DNA of 64,000 nt. It comes from Bdellovibrionales bacterium (GTDB lineage: Bacteria; Bdellovibrionota; Bdellovibrionia; Bdellovibrionales; UBA1609). Position 1 is the stretch's first letter. Every line of letters begins with the position of its first letter. The DNA lies in NCBI GenBank assembly GCA_965205945.1, contig CBDBIB010000003.1:512394-576393 (forward strand), given 5' to 3'. The notes under the pieces are model-generated. The model was not told the origin of the DNA, searched no databases, and worked only from the letters and a program-made list of their open reading frames with translations. The position numbers and the translations under genes were made by a program. This document shows positions 10,021-22,400 of this stretch, in pieces.

Positions 10021-10790
10021 GAAAAAAGCTTTGAAAGTTTATTTAGTGATTCTTGAGCTTTAGTTTTTGTTTTTATAGAATTACTGTATGGAATTCCAGC
10101 TTCAGCGCTGATTCCTATTTTGGGATCAAAAGGAATTTTAAATAAATAAGGCACAGCGTAGTTTTGAATAAGTTCATTTACTTTTCCTTTAGGAAAAAGA
10201 TTTAAAATTTCACCGTTAGGACTTTGAAATCCTGACATATTTTCAACTAAGCATTTTATAGGCGCCCCAATTTGCTTAAACATCATAATGGCTTTTTTAA
10301 CTTCAACTAAGGCAAGAGACTGTGGTGTAGACACAACTATAGCATTATCAATGGGAGTTTTTTGAGCAAGGCTTAAAGCTATATCCCCAGTTCCAGGAGG
10401 TAAATCAACAATAAGATAATCAAGCTCTCCCCATTTAATATCATGAAGAAATTGATCCAAGGCTTTAAAAAGCATTGGCCCTCTCCAGATAACAGGTTGA
10501 TCTTCATCTATTAAAAACCCCATGCTCATTAACTTTACACCAAAACGAATGAAGGGCTTTATTTTTCCAGTCTCAGTCATATCAGGTCTTTGCTCTAAAC
10601 ATCCAAAAAGAGAGGGTAGACTTGGGCCATAAATATCAGCATCTAAAAGACCTACAGAAAAACCTTTTTGTGAGAGTATAACGGCTAGATTTGAGCTTAT
10701 AGTACTTTTTCCCACACCACCTTTTCCAGACCCAATGGCAAGAACTTTTTTTATTCCAGGGATTCGTTTTTGTTGGTCAAAAGGGTTCAT
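10017..10790 (-). CDS. mrp: Mrp/ApbC/NBP35 family ATP-binding protein
   Basis: GKGGVGKS, DADIYGP, IWRGPM, DLPPGTGD and VENMS motifs. Confidence 0.92.
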   Translation of the reverse strand: MNPFDQQKRIPGIKKVLAIGSGKGGVGKSTISSNLAVILSQKGFSVGLLDADIYGPSLPSLFGCLEQRPDMTETGKIKPFIRFGVKLMSMGFLIDEDQPVIWRGPMLFKALDQFLHDIKWGELDYLIVDLPPGTGDIALSLAQKTPIDNAIVVSTPQSLALVEVKKAIMMFKQIGAPIKCLVENMSGFQSPNGEILNLFPKGKVNELIQNYAVPYLFKIPFDPKIGISAEAGIPYSNSIKTKTKAQESLNKLSKLFS

Positions 10791-10838
10791 AAGGGCTCCA
10801 ATAAGTATGAGTCAAAAGTATGGTGATTTAGTAGCGTA

Positions 10839-10867
10839 TTGCCGTAGAAAACACAATCTGATATTAT
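10839..10867 (+). promoter_or_regulatory. Sigma70-type promoter, probably giving a leaderless mRNA
   Basis: TTGCCG (10839-44), 17 nt, then TGn-TATTAT (10862-67). The GTG start is at 10874. Confidence 0.5.
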
Positions 10868-10873
10868 TATAAG

Positions 10874-11236
10874 GTGCCAGAGCAATTAAAAGTTGGATTT
10901 TATATTACTCTTACTTTAGTGTGCTTTCTTTTGTATAAAAAAAAGAAGCTTCGTCCAACTCAGTTAAATTTAAATGGCTTTAAAAATAGATTTAAAAAGA
11001 AAATGGTTCCTGGTATCCGTAAGGTTGTAGCTGAGGTGGTTAAAAAGGCTCCTGAATATCATAGAAGCAGTATATTTACTTACCAAGGGGAAAAGTATGA
11101 TGCTTTAAAAGTATTTAATTTGCCTTTAGGAGCAAGTTTATTAGAAATTAAAAATGCTTATGTATGTAAAGTTAAAGAAGATGCTAATCATAAAAGCTTT
11201 TATATTAAAGCTTATCAACACTTAATTAGAAAATAA
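10874..11236 (+). CDS. Small membrane-anchored protein with a degenerate J-domain-like C-terminus
   Basis: N-terminal TM helix. YDALKVFNLPLGASLLEIKNAY resembles DnaJ helices I-II, but there is no HPD motif. Confidence 0.55.
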   Translation: MPEQLKVGFYITLTLVCFLLYKKKKLRPTQLNLNGFKNRFKKKMVPGIRKVVAEVVKKAPEYHRSSIFTYQGEKYDALKVFNLPLGASLLEIKNAYVCKVKEDANHKSFYIKAYQHLIRK

Positions 11237-12421
11237 AATATCTTTTCTTGGTGGTGTCCATGAAGATGGAATTATAGGGCAGTCTTGCTCAGTGTTTAGA
11301 TTTAAATGAGCAAGTCCTTTTTTTGATTTAGTAGAGTATCTTAAATCATGTAAAGTTTTTTCAAAGAAGAATGGAACTCTTGCGAAGGTGAACCAGGCAA
11401 TTGTTTTACAATTTAAAGAGTAAGTGTTTTTTAAGATTTGAGTGGGCTGAGTGTATAGGCCATGATATTTAATATGGTTGGTGTCTTCTAATTTTAGGTT
11501 TGGTGGGACCCCATTGTTGTTCTTTAAGGAAGGGCAAGATTTTAAAAAAAATTTTGAAGGAGAGTATACTCCTGAGTAAACACGGTATTCGCTTTTATTT
11601 ATAAAAGTTCCTAGAAAATGCCAGCACATAAAATTTGATGGAAATGGAGACGTTTTAATATCTAAAAGTTTATAGCCTGTAGCAACCTTAGAAAGAAAGA
11701 ATTTTAAGTTGGTTTTAGTGTATGTGCTTTGTAAGGCAAAAATACATATAACTAAGAGAAAAAAAATCAGCCCTTCTTTACAAACTCTTAAGGGCGTTTT
11801 ATTTTTTAAATAGAAAAATAAAACTATTGAAAATAAAAATACAAAAAAAGTGTTTATCCAACTACTTAGACTAATAAAAGTAAAGATAGAAGGTAAAAAT
11901 AAGGAAAATCCTAAGAAAAAATATTTAAAGTAACCTGTTTTAATAATATGAAATAAAGAGGTGGAGATAATGATTAATAAAAAAGGTTCGGTAATGTAGA
12001 GTAAATCTCCATAAAACCATTCATTGTTTATAGGCCAAAAGGGGTGAACACCATAAGAATTCATAAAGTCTAAACAAATATGTGAAAAAACCCCAAACAA
12101 AATTACCAAGATTATAGGTGACAAGGCTTTTACAGGCAGAGACTTTTTAAAAATAAATTTAAAAAGTAGGAAAATAAAAAGAAATTCGATAAAAGCCCCT
12201 AAAATAGTGTGTGTATACCCCCTGTGGTTGATGATGTACCCTAACCAGGATGAATCGACTAATTGTAATAAGAGATCAAAATCTGGAAAATTACTGGAAA
12301 AGGCTGATAAAATATGTAGGTTTCTTCTAAATTTAAGGCTGTCTTTAGGTTTTTTCTTAATAGAGTGATAAACTACTTCAGTAAATAAAGCGCCTATGGC
12401 TGTGTGGGTAATATTATCCAT
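11222..12421 (-). CDS. Membrane metal-dependent hydrolase (YdjM-like)
   Basis: MDNITH, SNFPDFD, HRGYTH and SHICLDFMNSYGV.PFWP motifs with multiple TM helices. Confidence 0.85.
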   Translation of the reverse strand: MDNITHTAIGALFTEVVYHSIKKKPKDSLKFRRNLHILSAFSSNFPDFDLLLQLVDSSWLGYIINHRGYTHTILGAFIEFLFIFLLFKFIFKKSLPVKALSPIILVILFGVFSHICLDFMNSYGVHPFWPINNEWFYGDLLYITEPFLLIIISTSLFHIIKTGYFKYFFLGFSLFLPSIFTFISLSSWINTFFVFLFSIVLFFYLKNKTPLRVCKEGLIFFLLVICIFALQSTYTKTNLKFFLSKVATGYKLLDIKTSPFPSNFMCWHFLGTFINKSEYRVYSGVYSPSKFFLKSCPSLKNNNGVPPNLKLEDTNHIKYHGLYTQPTQILKNTYSLNCKTIAWFTFARVPFFFEKTLHDLRYSTKSKKGLAHLNLNTEQDCPIIPSSWTPPRKDILFSN

Positions 12422-13077
12422 TATTTACCTTCTTTAGAGTATTATTTTTAAGCTGCGTTTTTAATAAAAAATTTGGTATAAAAATAGTGAACAATTTAAA
12501 TACAATGATAATTATTTAGAATAAAAAACTTTTTATATTAAAAAATTGTGTTTTTAAAAGTAAAACTCCTTTTTAAAAACTTTAAGGTTAACAATAAGGG
12601 CAGCTGTTTTTTATAGTCATTTTTTTTAAAAAATAAATTTGTAGGAAGGCAAAGTTTGGTAGAGTAGTGGAGTTTTTTACAAATTTCTTTTTAAAGTAGT
12701 GGTTATTGTAAAGTAGAACAAATAAACTACTATTCTTATAAAAAGTAAATAATTTTCTATTCTAAGGCCTAGCGTTTTTACCCATAGAGCTTTTAGATTT
12801 TTTTATATGAAAGGGGTGTTGAGTATTTTTAAGTTTAGTACAAAAATTTAAATTACCTATTATACTAAGTTTTTCATCTAACTTTTTCTTCAGAAGTCTA
12901 GTTTTGATTTTTATTATTTGGTGGAAAAAGACTTTAACGATAAAATTTTTTAAGCAATTTGACCTCCTTAGAGAAAAAAATAGTGGAGGCTTTGCATAAT
13001 TATCTTAGAATTAGGAGCAGGTCTTTTAGTTTTACTACTGTTAGGCCTAATCTAGTATAAATTAAAGGGGGATAGGT

Positions 13078-14823
13078 ATGAAGAATTTATTTTTATTTAT
13101 TTTGATAATTTTTAATCTTACTAGCTGTGGTAAAAAAAGCAGTATAGGCTTAATTGATAACTCCTCAAGGATAAGAGAAGGTTTAACTTTAAACGATCTA
13201 TTGTTTGCAACAACACTTAATGCAGAAAGCTATGAAGTAAGTGGGAAATGTGATGATCTGTCTGGAGGGGTTATAGTTACAGTTGGCAATATTGCTACAT
13301 CAGTTCCTTGTTTTATGAGTGTGTATTTGGCAACTTTAGATGTGAGATCTGTACAGGGTGATTCAATAATAGTTACTGTAAGGCAACAAGTTGGAGATTC
13401 TGTTAGTGCAAGCCTTGTAAATGATCAAACCGTAATAGCTACAGCGCCAACAGTAGAGAGTAAAGGCCTAACTAATGGGTTAAGTGGAGAAATACTAGTA
13501 ACATGTACTGAAGCCGGAGAAGTGGTGACCTTTGAAAATGAAGCTTTAAGCCCGAACTTACAAGAGTATACTTGCCATGGAACTACACAAGAAAGCGTAA
13601 CATTAACTTTTTTAGAAGGACAAGAAACTTTAAGGCCTAATTTTGTTAGGGTAAGTTCTTTTGATGTAAATGGAAATCCATCAGCAGCTACAACTCAATT
13701 TGACTTACCAATAGATAATGTATTACCGATAGTAACTGTTCAAGCCTTTTCAAAGGTACTTAAGACTGATCGTAATACAAGATTTTTTAATATAATTATA
13801 GAGGATGAAAATAAGAGCTACCCTTTTACGCTAACATCTGACTCAGGAGTAGTAAGTCCTACTGAATGCTTACAAAGTCCATGTGAAGTAGCTGTAACAG
13901 GAGCAAGCCCAGGGACACTAACTTTAACAGTGGAGGCAGGTGCAGTTGTAGACGCTGCTGGAAATTTTAACGCAGATGCTATAAGTGCTAGGGTACCGGT
14001 TTGTGCACCAGCTTTTGTATTGGTTCCACCATTAGATGGATATACGAACGATAATTTTTGTGTGATGAAGTATGAGGCAAAAAGTGATGGGTCTGGTGGG
14101 ATTGTTTCAAAAGCTAGTGAAGCACCTCATGAACAAAATGTACGTGAGGATGCTATTAACGAATGTAAGGCACTAGGAGAAGGTTATGATCTTATTACCA
14201 ACGATGAATGGCAAACTCTAGCAAGGAATATTGAGCTTGTAGAAGACAATTGGTCTGACGGAATAATAGGTTCCTCCCTAAGTGCGGGGCACGTAGATGC
14301 TAACCCTAATATGCCTTTAGAGGCCAGTGAAGATGACAATATGGGTTGTATTAATACAGGGAGAACTTGTGACGGTAGTACTTGGCATAGAGAAAGACGA
14401 ACGCATACTTTATCTAATGGAGAGGTTGTTTGGGATATGTCTGGAAATTTTAGTGAATGGGTTAAAGATAATAGTGGAGGTGATTATGGTGAGGATATAT
14501 CAATGCGCCTAATTACAAACTCATCACACACAATTTTAGGAAGCCTTAGTGGTGGATTAACAACTACTCCTAGGGTGGCTAAAGACCAGTTTGGTCCCAC
14601 TCTGGACTATACAGACTCAACAATGTTTCCAGAGGGCACTACTACTAGGTATTTAGGCTATGGTAATTTAGATAATAGTCAGGGTCTGATTACTCGTGGT
14701 AGTTGGTTTCTAGGCAATGAGGAATCCGGGATATTTGATGTCAATCTGGTTGAACCAGTTATTATACCTAGTTATACTGGCATTGCAGTTCGTTGTGTTT
14801 ACCGTCTATCCTCTGTGAATTAA
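13078..14823 (+). CDS. Secreted lipoprotein with one Ig-like repeat module and an FGE-sulfatase/CLec-fold head
   Basis: Lipobox LTSC. The T/V/S-rich module is homologous to the repeats of the 25924 gene. C-terminal FCVMKYEAK, LITNDEW, TLSNG..WDMSGN.SEW, RGS...GIF...VRC motifs. Confidence 0.8.
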   Translation: MKNLFLFILIIFNLTSCGKKSSIGLIDNSSRIREGLTLNDLLFATTLNAESYEVSGKCDDLSGGVIVTVGNIATSVPCFMSVYLATLDVRSVQGDSIIVTVRQQVGDSVSASLVNDQTVIATAPTVESKGLTNGLSGEILVTCTEAGEVVTFENEALSPNLQEYTCHGTTQESVTLTFLEGQETLRPNFVRVSSFDVNGNPSAATTQFDLPIDNVLPIVTVQAFSKVLKTDRNTRFFNIIIEDENKSYPFTLTSDSGVVSPTECLQSPCEVAVTGASPGTLTLTVEAGAVVDAAGNFNADAISARVPVCAPAFVLVPPLDGYTNDNFCVMKYEAKSDGSGGIVSKASEAPHEQNVREDAINECKALGEGYDLITNDEWQTLARNIELVEDNWSDGIIGSSLSAGHVDANPNMPLEASEDDNMGCINTGRTCDGSTWHRERRTHTLSNGEVVWDMSGNFSEWVKDNSGGDYGEDISMRLITNSSHTILGSLSGGLTTTPRVAKDQFGPTLDYTDSTMFPEGTTTRYLGYGNLDNSQGLITRGSWFLGNEESGIFDVNLVEPVIIPSYTGIAVRCVYRLSSVN

Positions 14824-15297
14824 AAAAAGATTTGTTCTACTAGTGGCTTAAAAGGAAAACTATTTTTACTTTAGAGTATTTATGAGAACATAAAATTTTC
14901 TTCCACATTATTTTAGTCTCTGGCGTGAATAAAAATACAGTTTAAAGAATACAAAAATAGGTGGAGATAATGTTTAATCTAAAGTGGCAAACCAGCTTTA
15001 TTTAAGAAAAGATTTATATGGCTTAATAGTGAAACTAAAGTCATTTTTAGGGATGTAATAGACATCTTATAAAATGCCTTAGAAAAGAAGCATAAGAAGT
15101 TATTATTCTTAAAAAAACATAATATGAAGTTGTAGACGGTTTTAAATAAAAAACAGAATAGATTATTTATATGGGATTTAGGGGGAAGGTATTATTTAAG
15201 AAATAATCTAAGTAAAGTATTTTAATTAAAGAAATAAAAAGATCTTCGTTGCTCAAGATCTAAAATAGTGAGAAAACAGCTGTAAAACAAACGATAT

Positions 15298-16695
15298 TTG
15301 GAGGGGACTATTTTGAATGCAGCTATGCCTACTTTTAGTTCATATGAAAAACTATCTGAAATTGTCTCTCTTTGTAAGGCAAGAGGCTTTGTGTTTCAAA
15401 GTAGTGAAATTTATGGAGGTTTAAATTCTTGTTGGGATTACGGCCCTCTAGGCGTTGAGCTTAAAAGAAATGTAAAGCAACTTTGGTGGAAAGAAATGAC
15501 CCATAGAATGGATATTGTTGGATTGGATGCCTCAATTTTGATGCACCCAACAACTTGGAAAGCCTCTGGTCATGCTCAAGGGTTTACGGACCCTTTAGTA
15601 GACTGTAAATCATGTAAAGCAAGGTTTAGGCAAGATCATGCCCTTAAAAATGATGAGGGCTTAAATATTTGCCCCTTATGTGGTCTTACAGACCTTACTG
15701 AAAAAAGAAATTTTAATTTGATGTTTAAAACAAACATGGGGCCTGTTGTGAGTGAGGGCTTAGAGGTTTATTTAAGGCCGGAAACAGCTCAAGGTATTTT
15801 TGTAAACTTTGATAATGTAAGGGCCTCTAGTAGAAAAAAGCTTCCGTTTGGAATAGCGCAAATTGGTAAATCTTTTAGAAATGAGATTACTCCAGGAAAT
15901 TTTGTGTTTAGAACTCGTGAGTTTGAGCAAATGGAGATGCAATATTTTGTAACTCCGGGTGAAGATGAGAAATGGTTTGAGTTTTGGAAACGAGAAAGAT
16001 TTGATTTTCTTATAAATAATGTAGGCCTAAGAAGAGAAAGCATCCGGTGGGCTGAGCATGGTAATAATGAGCTGGCTCATTATGCTAAAGCAGCATTTGA
16101 TATAGAGTTTAACTTTCCCTTTGGTTGGGGTGAATTAGAAGGTGTTCATAATAGGTCTGATTTTGATTTAAAACAACATCAAGAGTTTTCAGGTAAAAGC
16201 TTAGAGTACTTTGATGAAGTAAGCAAAAAAAAATATATTCCCTTTGTTATTGAAACAGCTATTGGCGCTGATCGTTTAATATTAGCTATTTTATGCGATG
16301 CTATGGTTAAAGAGATAGATACACAGGGTAATAAGGTTCGAAATCTTTGTAAGATTAATCCTGCTTTGGCTCCCTATAAAGCAGCGATTTTACCGCTTTC
16401 AAAAAAAGAACCATTACAAAAAATGGCTCATAGAATTTTTAAAGAACTAGGTGGTTTTTGGTTAATCGATTATGATGAGTCTGGGAGTATTGGAAAACGT
16501 TATAGAAGGCAGGATGAAGTTGGAACACCATTTTGTATCACCGTAGATTTTGATACTGAACAAGATCAAAAAGTGACGGTAAGACATAGAGATACGATGA
16601 CTCAGCAGCGTGTGAGTGTAGATAGGTTAGAAGAGTTTTTATTTAAGGGTATTAAACTATTTAATGAATTTGGAAGGAGGAATAAATGGATTTAA
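15298..16695 (+). CDS. glyQS: Glycine--tRNA ligase, alpha2 homodimeric type
   Basis: [32 protein letters not shown] and [11 protein letters not shown] motifs. True start may be ATG 15325. Confidence 0.95.
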   Translation: MEGTILNAAMPTFSSYEKLSEIVSLCKARGFVFQSSEIYGGLNSCWDYGPLGVELKRNVKQLWWKEMTHRMDIVGLDASILMHPTTWKASGHAQGFTDPLVDCKSCKARFRQDHALKNDEGLNICPLCGLTDLTEKRNFNLMFKTNMGPVVSEGLEVYLRPETAQGIFVNFDNVRASSRKKLPFGIAQIGKSFRNEITPGNFVFRTREFEQMEMQYFVTPGEDEKWFEFWKRERFDFLINNVGLRRESIRWAEHGNNELAHYAKAAFDIEFNFPFGWGELEGVHNRSDFDLKQHQEFSGKSLEYFDEVSKKKYIPFVIETAIGADRLILAILCDAMVKEIDTQGNKVRNLCKINPALAPYKAAILPLSKKEPLQKMAHRIFKELGGFWLIDYDESGSIGKRYRRQDEVGTPFCITVDFDTEQDQKVTVRHRDTMTQQRVSVDRLEEFLFKGIKLFNEFGRRNKWI

Positions 16696-19376
16696 CAACG
16701 GTTAAAAAAGATGCTCAAAAGTATTTATATTTTTTTTCTAAGAATGAAATTGAAGGAGATGTAGAATTAAAGAGCCTTTTAGGTGGTAAAGGAGCAAATC
16801 TTGCTCAGATGTCAAGTTTGGGTATTCCTGTGCCTCCAGGCTTTACCTTGTCTACAAAGCTTTGTGCAAAGTTTCAAAAAGAGGGAAAACTAAGTGAATC
16901 TGTAAAGGTTCAGATTAAGGCTGGTGTTAAAAAAATTGGAATTAATGTAGGTAAGAGTTTTGCAGATACAATAAATCCTTTATTGGTAAGTGTACGATCC
17001 GGAGCTCCCGTAAGTATGCCTGGAATGATGGATACGATTTTAAATTTAGGTCTTAATGAAAACACTATAAAAGGTTTAGCAAAAAAATCTAACAATCTAA
17101 GGTTTGCCTACGATTCTTATAGAAGATTTATTCAAATGTATGCAAATGTTGTGATGAAAGCCAACCACTCTCTTTTAGAGGTTTATTTAGAAGATTTAAA
17201 ATCTGATAAGGGCTACAGTGCTGATACAGAGCTGACAGTGGAAGATTTAAAATCATTAATAGCTCGTTATAAGATTGAAGTATTACAGAATACAGGCGTT
17301 AGTTTTCCAGAAGACCCGTGGGATCAGTTGTGGAGGGCCATTGAAGCTGTGTTTAAAAGCTGGAATACCCCAAGAGCAGTAACTTATAGGAATTTAAATG
17401 GAATTGATGCGTCTGTGGGAACCGCTGTAAATGTTCAAGCAATGGTTTTTGGAAATTTGGGTGAAACAAGTGCAACAGGAGTTGCTTTTACAAGAGACCC
17501 TTCTACGGGGCAAAAAACTTTTTACGGAGAGTATTTACAAAACGCCCAAGGTGAAGATGTTGTTGCAGGTTTAAGAACACCTCAACCTATTAGTATAAAG
17601 GCTGAAGATAAGGGGCAAATTAGTTTAGAAGCATTGATGCCTAAAGTATATTTAGAATTAGAAAAGGTTTATAAAAAGTTAGAGCATCATTACAAAGATA
17701 TGCAGGATATTGAGTTTACAATTGAAGACGGTCATTTATGGATGCTTCAAACAAGAACGGGGAAAAGAACTACAAGGGCAGCATTTAAAATTGGCTTAGA
17801 CATGCTTAAAGAAGGTTTAATAAGTGAGACTGAGCTTTTAAAAAGACTTGATCCAGCAAGTTTAGATCAGTTACTGCACCCAGGACTTGATGCTGACGCC
17901 CCTAAAACTCTTATTGCAAAAGGTCTTCCTGCAAGCCCTGGTGGGGTTTGTGGTAAAGTGGTTTTTACTAGCGCAGAGGCTGTTTTGTTAAAAGCAAAAG
18001 GTGAGAAAACTATTTTAGTAAGGCCTGAAACTTCTCCTGATGATATTGAAGGGATGATAGCGGCTGAAGGGGTGCTGACTACTCGTGGTGGGATGACTTC
18101 ACATGCTGCGGTTGTAGCTCGTGGTATGGGTAAGTGCTGTGTTGCTGGCTGTGAGCAGATGACAGTGAATCTTAAGAAAGAAGAGATAACTTGTTCTGGT
18201 TATGTGATTACAAAGTATGAGCATATTACTTTAGATGGCTCAACAGGTGAAGTTTATTTAGGAGAAGTGGCGACAAAAGAGCCTGAGTTAGGTGATGACT
18301 TTGAAAAAGTGATGGCTATTGCAGATAAGTATAGACGTATGAAAATTAGGGCCAATGCTGATAACCCCCGTGACGCAAGTATTGCAAGAAGGTTTGGTGC
18401 TGAAGGCATTGGCCTTTGTAGAACAGAGCATATGTTTTTTGGAAGTGATAGGATTGATGCTGTAAGAGAGATGATTTTATCTAAAGATTGCTTTGAAAGA
18501 AAAAATGCTCTGGCTAAACTTAAACCATATCAAAAAAAAGATTTTATTCAGATATTTAAAGAGATGAAAGGGCTTCCTGTAACTATTCGACTGCTGGATC
18601 CACCGCTTCATGAGTTTTTACCTCAGACTCAAGAAGATATTGTTGATCTAGCTTTAAAGCTTAAAATAAAAGTAGAAAAAGTTTTTAAACGCGTGGAAAC
18701 CTTAAAGGAATTTAATCCAATGCTTGGTCATAGAGGGTGTAGGCTTGGAATCACATATCCAGAGATTTATGAGATGCAGGTTGAGGCTATTGCTGAGGCA
18801 GCAGTGGAGGTTTGTAATGAATTTCTTGTAGAAGTTGAGATTATGATTCCGTTGATATCAACTTGTAGAGAACTTAAAAGGCTTAAAACATTAACGCAGT
18901 CTACTTTTAATAGAGTTATTAAAGATGCTGTAGGTGGGCAGGTAAATAAAATATCATATATTATTGGCACAATGATTGAACTTCCTCGTGCAGCATTAAC
19001 GGCAGATGAAGTTGCAAAAAGTGCAGATTTTTTCAGTTTTGGAACAAATGATCTCACACAAACAACTTTAGGGGTATCAAGAGATGATTCAAGTAAATTT
19101 ATGCCTATTTATCTAGCGGATGATTTGTTCGACCATGACCCCTTTGTATCAATTGATATAAAAGGAGTTGGCAAATTGGTATCTCTTGGGGTTGAATTAG
19201 GTAGGTCGCAAAATGCTAAACTTAAGCTTGGTGTTTGTGGTGAGCATGGGGGAGATCCTAAGAGTATAGAGTTTTTAGAAACTATTGGTTTAGACTATGT
19301 AAGCTGCTCCCCATATCGTGTTCCAATAGCAAGACTTGCGGCTGCAAGGGCAACGTTAAAGGTTAAGAAAGAATAG
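16686..19376 (+). CDS. ppdK: Pyruvate, phosphate dikinase
   Basis: [35 protein letters not shown] (phospho-His), FSFGTNDL and CGEHGG motifs. Confidence 0.97.
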   Translation: MDLTTVKKDAQKYLYFFSKNEIEGDVELKSLLGGKGANLAQMSSLGIPVPPGFTLSTKLCAKFQKEGKLSESVKVQIKAGVKKIGINVGKSFADTINPLLVSVRSGAPVSMPGMMDTILNLGLNENTIKGLAKKSNNLRFAYDSYRRFIQMYANVVMKANHSLLEVYLEDLKSDKGYSADTELTVEDLKSLIARYKIEVLQNTGVSFPEDPWDQLWRAIEAVFKSWNTPRAVTYRNLNGIDASVGTAVNVQAMVFGNLGETSATGVAFTRDPSTGQKTFYGEYLQNAQGEDVVAGLRTPQPISIKAEDKGQISLEALMPKVYLELEKVYKKLEHHYKDMQDIEFTIEDGHLWMLQTRTGKRTTRAAFKIGLDMLKEGLISETELLKRLDPASLDQLLHPGLDADAPKTLIAKGLPASPGGVCGKVVFTSAEAVLLKAKGEKTILVRPETSPDDIEGMIAAEGVLTTRGGMTSHAAVVARGMGKCCVAGCEQMTVNLKKEEITCSGYVITKYEHITLDGSTGEVYLGEVATKEPELGDDFEKVMAIADKYRRMKIRANADNPRDASIARRFGAEGIGLCRTEHMFFGSDRIDAVREMILSKDCFERKNALAKLKPYQKKDFIQIFKEMKGLPVTIRLLDPPLHEFLPQTQEDIVDLALKLKIKVEKVFKRVETLKEFNPMLGHRGCRLGITYPEIYEMQVEAIAEAAVEVCNEFLVEVEIMIPLISTCRELKRLKTLTQSTFNRVIKDAVGGQVNKISYIIGTMIELPRAALTADEVAKSADFFSFGTNDLTQTTLGVSRDDSSKFMPIYLADDLFDHDPFVSIDIKGVGKLVSLGVELGRSQNAKLKLGVCGEHGGDPKSIEFLETIGLDYVSCSPYRVPIARLAAARATLKVKKE

Positions 19377-19403
19377 CTTTAAACTTTGTTTTTAGTAAAA
19401 TTA

Positions 19404-19436
19404 AAGACAGGCTTTTAAAAGGTCTGTTTTTGTTTG
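19404..19436 (+). terminator. Probable intrinsic terminator after ppdK
   Basis: ACAGGCTTT/AAAGGTCTGT stem (with G-U pairs) followed by TTTTGTTT. Confidence 0.5.
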
Positions 19437-19464
19437 CAGTTAAAGGTGTGAAGGAAGTGGGCAA

Positions 19465-22400
19465 GTGAGAATTAAAAAATTAGAACTTCAAGGGTTTAAA
19501 TCTTTTAAAGATAGAACGCTGATCACGTTTGATGAAGGAATTACAGGTATAGTTGGTCCTAATGGCTGTGGTAAATCAAATATCGTGGATGCTTTAGTTT
19601 GGGTCATGGGAGAGATGTCTGCAAAGCATTTAAGAGGCGCTGTAATGGAAGACGTGATTTTTGCAGGTTCTCAAGATTATGCTCCAACTGGAATGGCTGA
19701 AGTTTCATTAATTTTAGAAAACAACGGGGGATCGTTTCCGGTTAAATATTTGAATTTTTCTGAAATCATGGTCACCCGTAGGCTTTATCGCGGCGGAGAG
19801 TCTGAGTACTTTATTAATAAAGAAGTGAGTAGGCTTAAAGATATTCAAGAAATTTTCATGGACACAGGAGCTGGAGCAAAAGGTTTTAGTATTATTGAGC
19901 AAGGGCAAATTGGAAAGATTATCGTATCAAAACCTTTTGAAAAGAGATCTTTGATTGAGGAAGTTGCAGGGATTACAAAATTTAAAGCAAGAAAGAAAGA
20001 ATCTGAAAGAAAACTTAAAGCCACTGATCAAAACCTTTTAAGACTGGCTGATATTATTAGAGAGTTAAAGAGACAGCTTGACTCATTACAAAGACAAGCT
20101 CAAAAAGCTGAGAGTTATAAGAAACTTAAAGATGAACTAAGAGAAAAAGAGCTTTGGCTTGCTGCTTGTCAAGTAAGTGATGGTCAAGAAAATTTTGCAG
20201 ACGTTCATTTAAAAGTTAAAGAGTTAACGGATAAGCAAAGTTTTTTTCAAACAAAAGTACACAAGTTTCAATCAGATATTGAAGTTGAAAGAGTAAATTC
20301 GATTAAGAAAGAAAAAGAATTAGAAACTGAGCAAATCAAATTTAAGGCTTTATCTGAAAAAGTGCTGGCCTCAGAAAATCAGGTTAGGGAACTTTCATTT
20401 GAAATTGAGCAAACAAGGCGTAGTACTCAGATTAAGGGTTCTGTCTATGAGCAAAATCAAGCGCGCCTTAAAATAGTTCAAAATGAAAAAAATGAACTCA
20501 AAGATAAGTATGCTAATATTAAAGGCGAGTTTAAAGTTATTGACGAGCAGTATCTAACTTTAGATAAGCAGTTTCAAACGCATCAATTTAAAATTAATGA
20601 AAGAGAAGATATTTTAACTAAATCTAGAAAGGTTGAGTTTAAACTTCATCAAGAAATTTCTCATCTTCAGGCAACATTAGAGGGTTTAAAAGAGAGGATT
20701 TCTTTATTTAATGAGACTTTGGTTTCTAAAAGTGAAATAAAACAAGAAGTTGAATCTAGGAATGAGGAGTTTTTAAAAAGTTTTAATAAACTTACAAAAG
20801 ACTATGAAAAAGAAAAGCAAATGAAGTTAGAGATTTTTAAAGATACAGAGTCTTTAACTAAGAACTTAAATATTTTAAAAGGTCAACATGAAAATCTTAT
20901 TGAAAAAAGAAATAAAGAGAGTCAAGAGTTTAGTATGGTTCACTCTAAGCTTGAAAGTTTAAACGAACTTGAAGAGCAATTTGAAGGTTATCAGGAAGGT
21001 TTAAGAACCCTTTTTCTTGCTGAAAAGGATGGGGTTATAGCTAGGCCCGGGACTCCACTTTCTGATTTAATAAACGCTCCAGAGGGTTATGAACAGGCTA
21101 TTGAGGCTTGCTTAGCTGGAGGTTTTCAAGGGTTGTTTGGCGCAGACAGTATAGAAGCTTTAACCGATATAGTTAAATATTTGAATTCAGATAATAAAGG
21201 AAGGGTGCAGTTTTTTGTAAATGAACTTTTACACACTAGAGGAAACCTATCTGGAGTGAAAAATCTTTCTGATTATGCTACGACAGGATTAAAAGGAGTT
21301 AAAAAAATCTTAAGCTGTATTTATCTTGTAGAAGATAAAATCTTAGCAAAACAGATTTTAAAAAATCATCAAGGCTTTTGTATTACTAAATCTGGAGAGA
21401 TGTTGAGCTCATTAGGTCAGTATTTTTCAGGTAAAACAGGTGGTGGAGTGGGCTTACTGCAAAGGAAAAAAAATATTCAAGATTTAACTAAAGAAGTTAC
21501 ACAAAGACAAGCGACTTTAAAAACTCTTGAGAAAGAGCTTTTAAAGAATAAAAAACAACTTGATCAAGCTTTAAAAGAACTTGAAGAAATAAAATTTAAA
21601 GATAATGAGCAAGAACTAAAAGTTTTTGAACTTAGAAAAGATTTAGAAAGAGCTGAGTATGAAAAGACTAAAGCTCAATCTGAAGTTAAAAAGATTACTC
21701 TTTTGGTTATGGAAACTAAAGAAAAGCTTCAAAAAGCTATACAGACTCAAGAAAATCAACTGTTTTTAATTAGAGATTTAGAGGTTAAAAAAACTGAACA
21801 AGAGTCACTTTCTTTAAAGGCTAAAGAAGAGTTAGAAGAGTTAAAAACAAATTACTTTGATTTACAGACTGAAGTTACAGGTAAAAAAATTAAGCATGTT
21901 TCGTATAAATCAAAAATAGAATTTTTAGAGCAAAGATTAAAGTCGTTAACGTTAAACGAAGAAAACTTTTTAAGTGATATTCAAAATTTAGAAAAAGAGT
22001 CAGAAGAATCTTTAAGCGTTATTTCTAAACATTCTTCTAATTTAGAAGTTAAAAAAAACCAGTTGGAACAAAATATTAAACTTCGTGTAGAATTAGAATC
22101 TACTCTTTCTAAAACGAAGAATGAATATGAACTTTTAACGGCAACGCAACGTAAGCTTGGCCAAAAAGTTACAGAATGCACTTTAGAAAAATCAAAAATA
22201 GACTCAAAACTATTAGAGCTTCAGGTAAAATCTGAACAAATTAAACTAGGCCTTCAGGCCATAGTTGATCAGATGTTTGATAGATATAATGTTGATCTAA
22301 CGGAAAAAGCTTCGGAGTATATTTTAGTATATACTAAAGATCAATGTGATGAAGTAAAAAAAGGAATTGTTGGTTTAAAAAATAAAGTAAGCGATATAGG

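Noticed and set aside
12769..12790. TTTTACCCA motif resembling the IS50-like end upstream of the short adhesin
   Set aside because: Only about 9 matching bases in AT-rich DNA, with no partner end or transposase trace.
14000..14823. Annotation as a true formylglycine-generating enzyme or sulfatase maturase
   Set aside because: It lacks the catalytic Cys motif, there is no sulfatase nearby, and the domain sits on a lipoprotein stalk.
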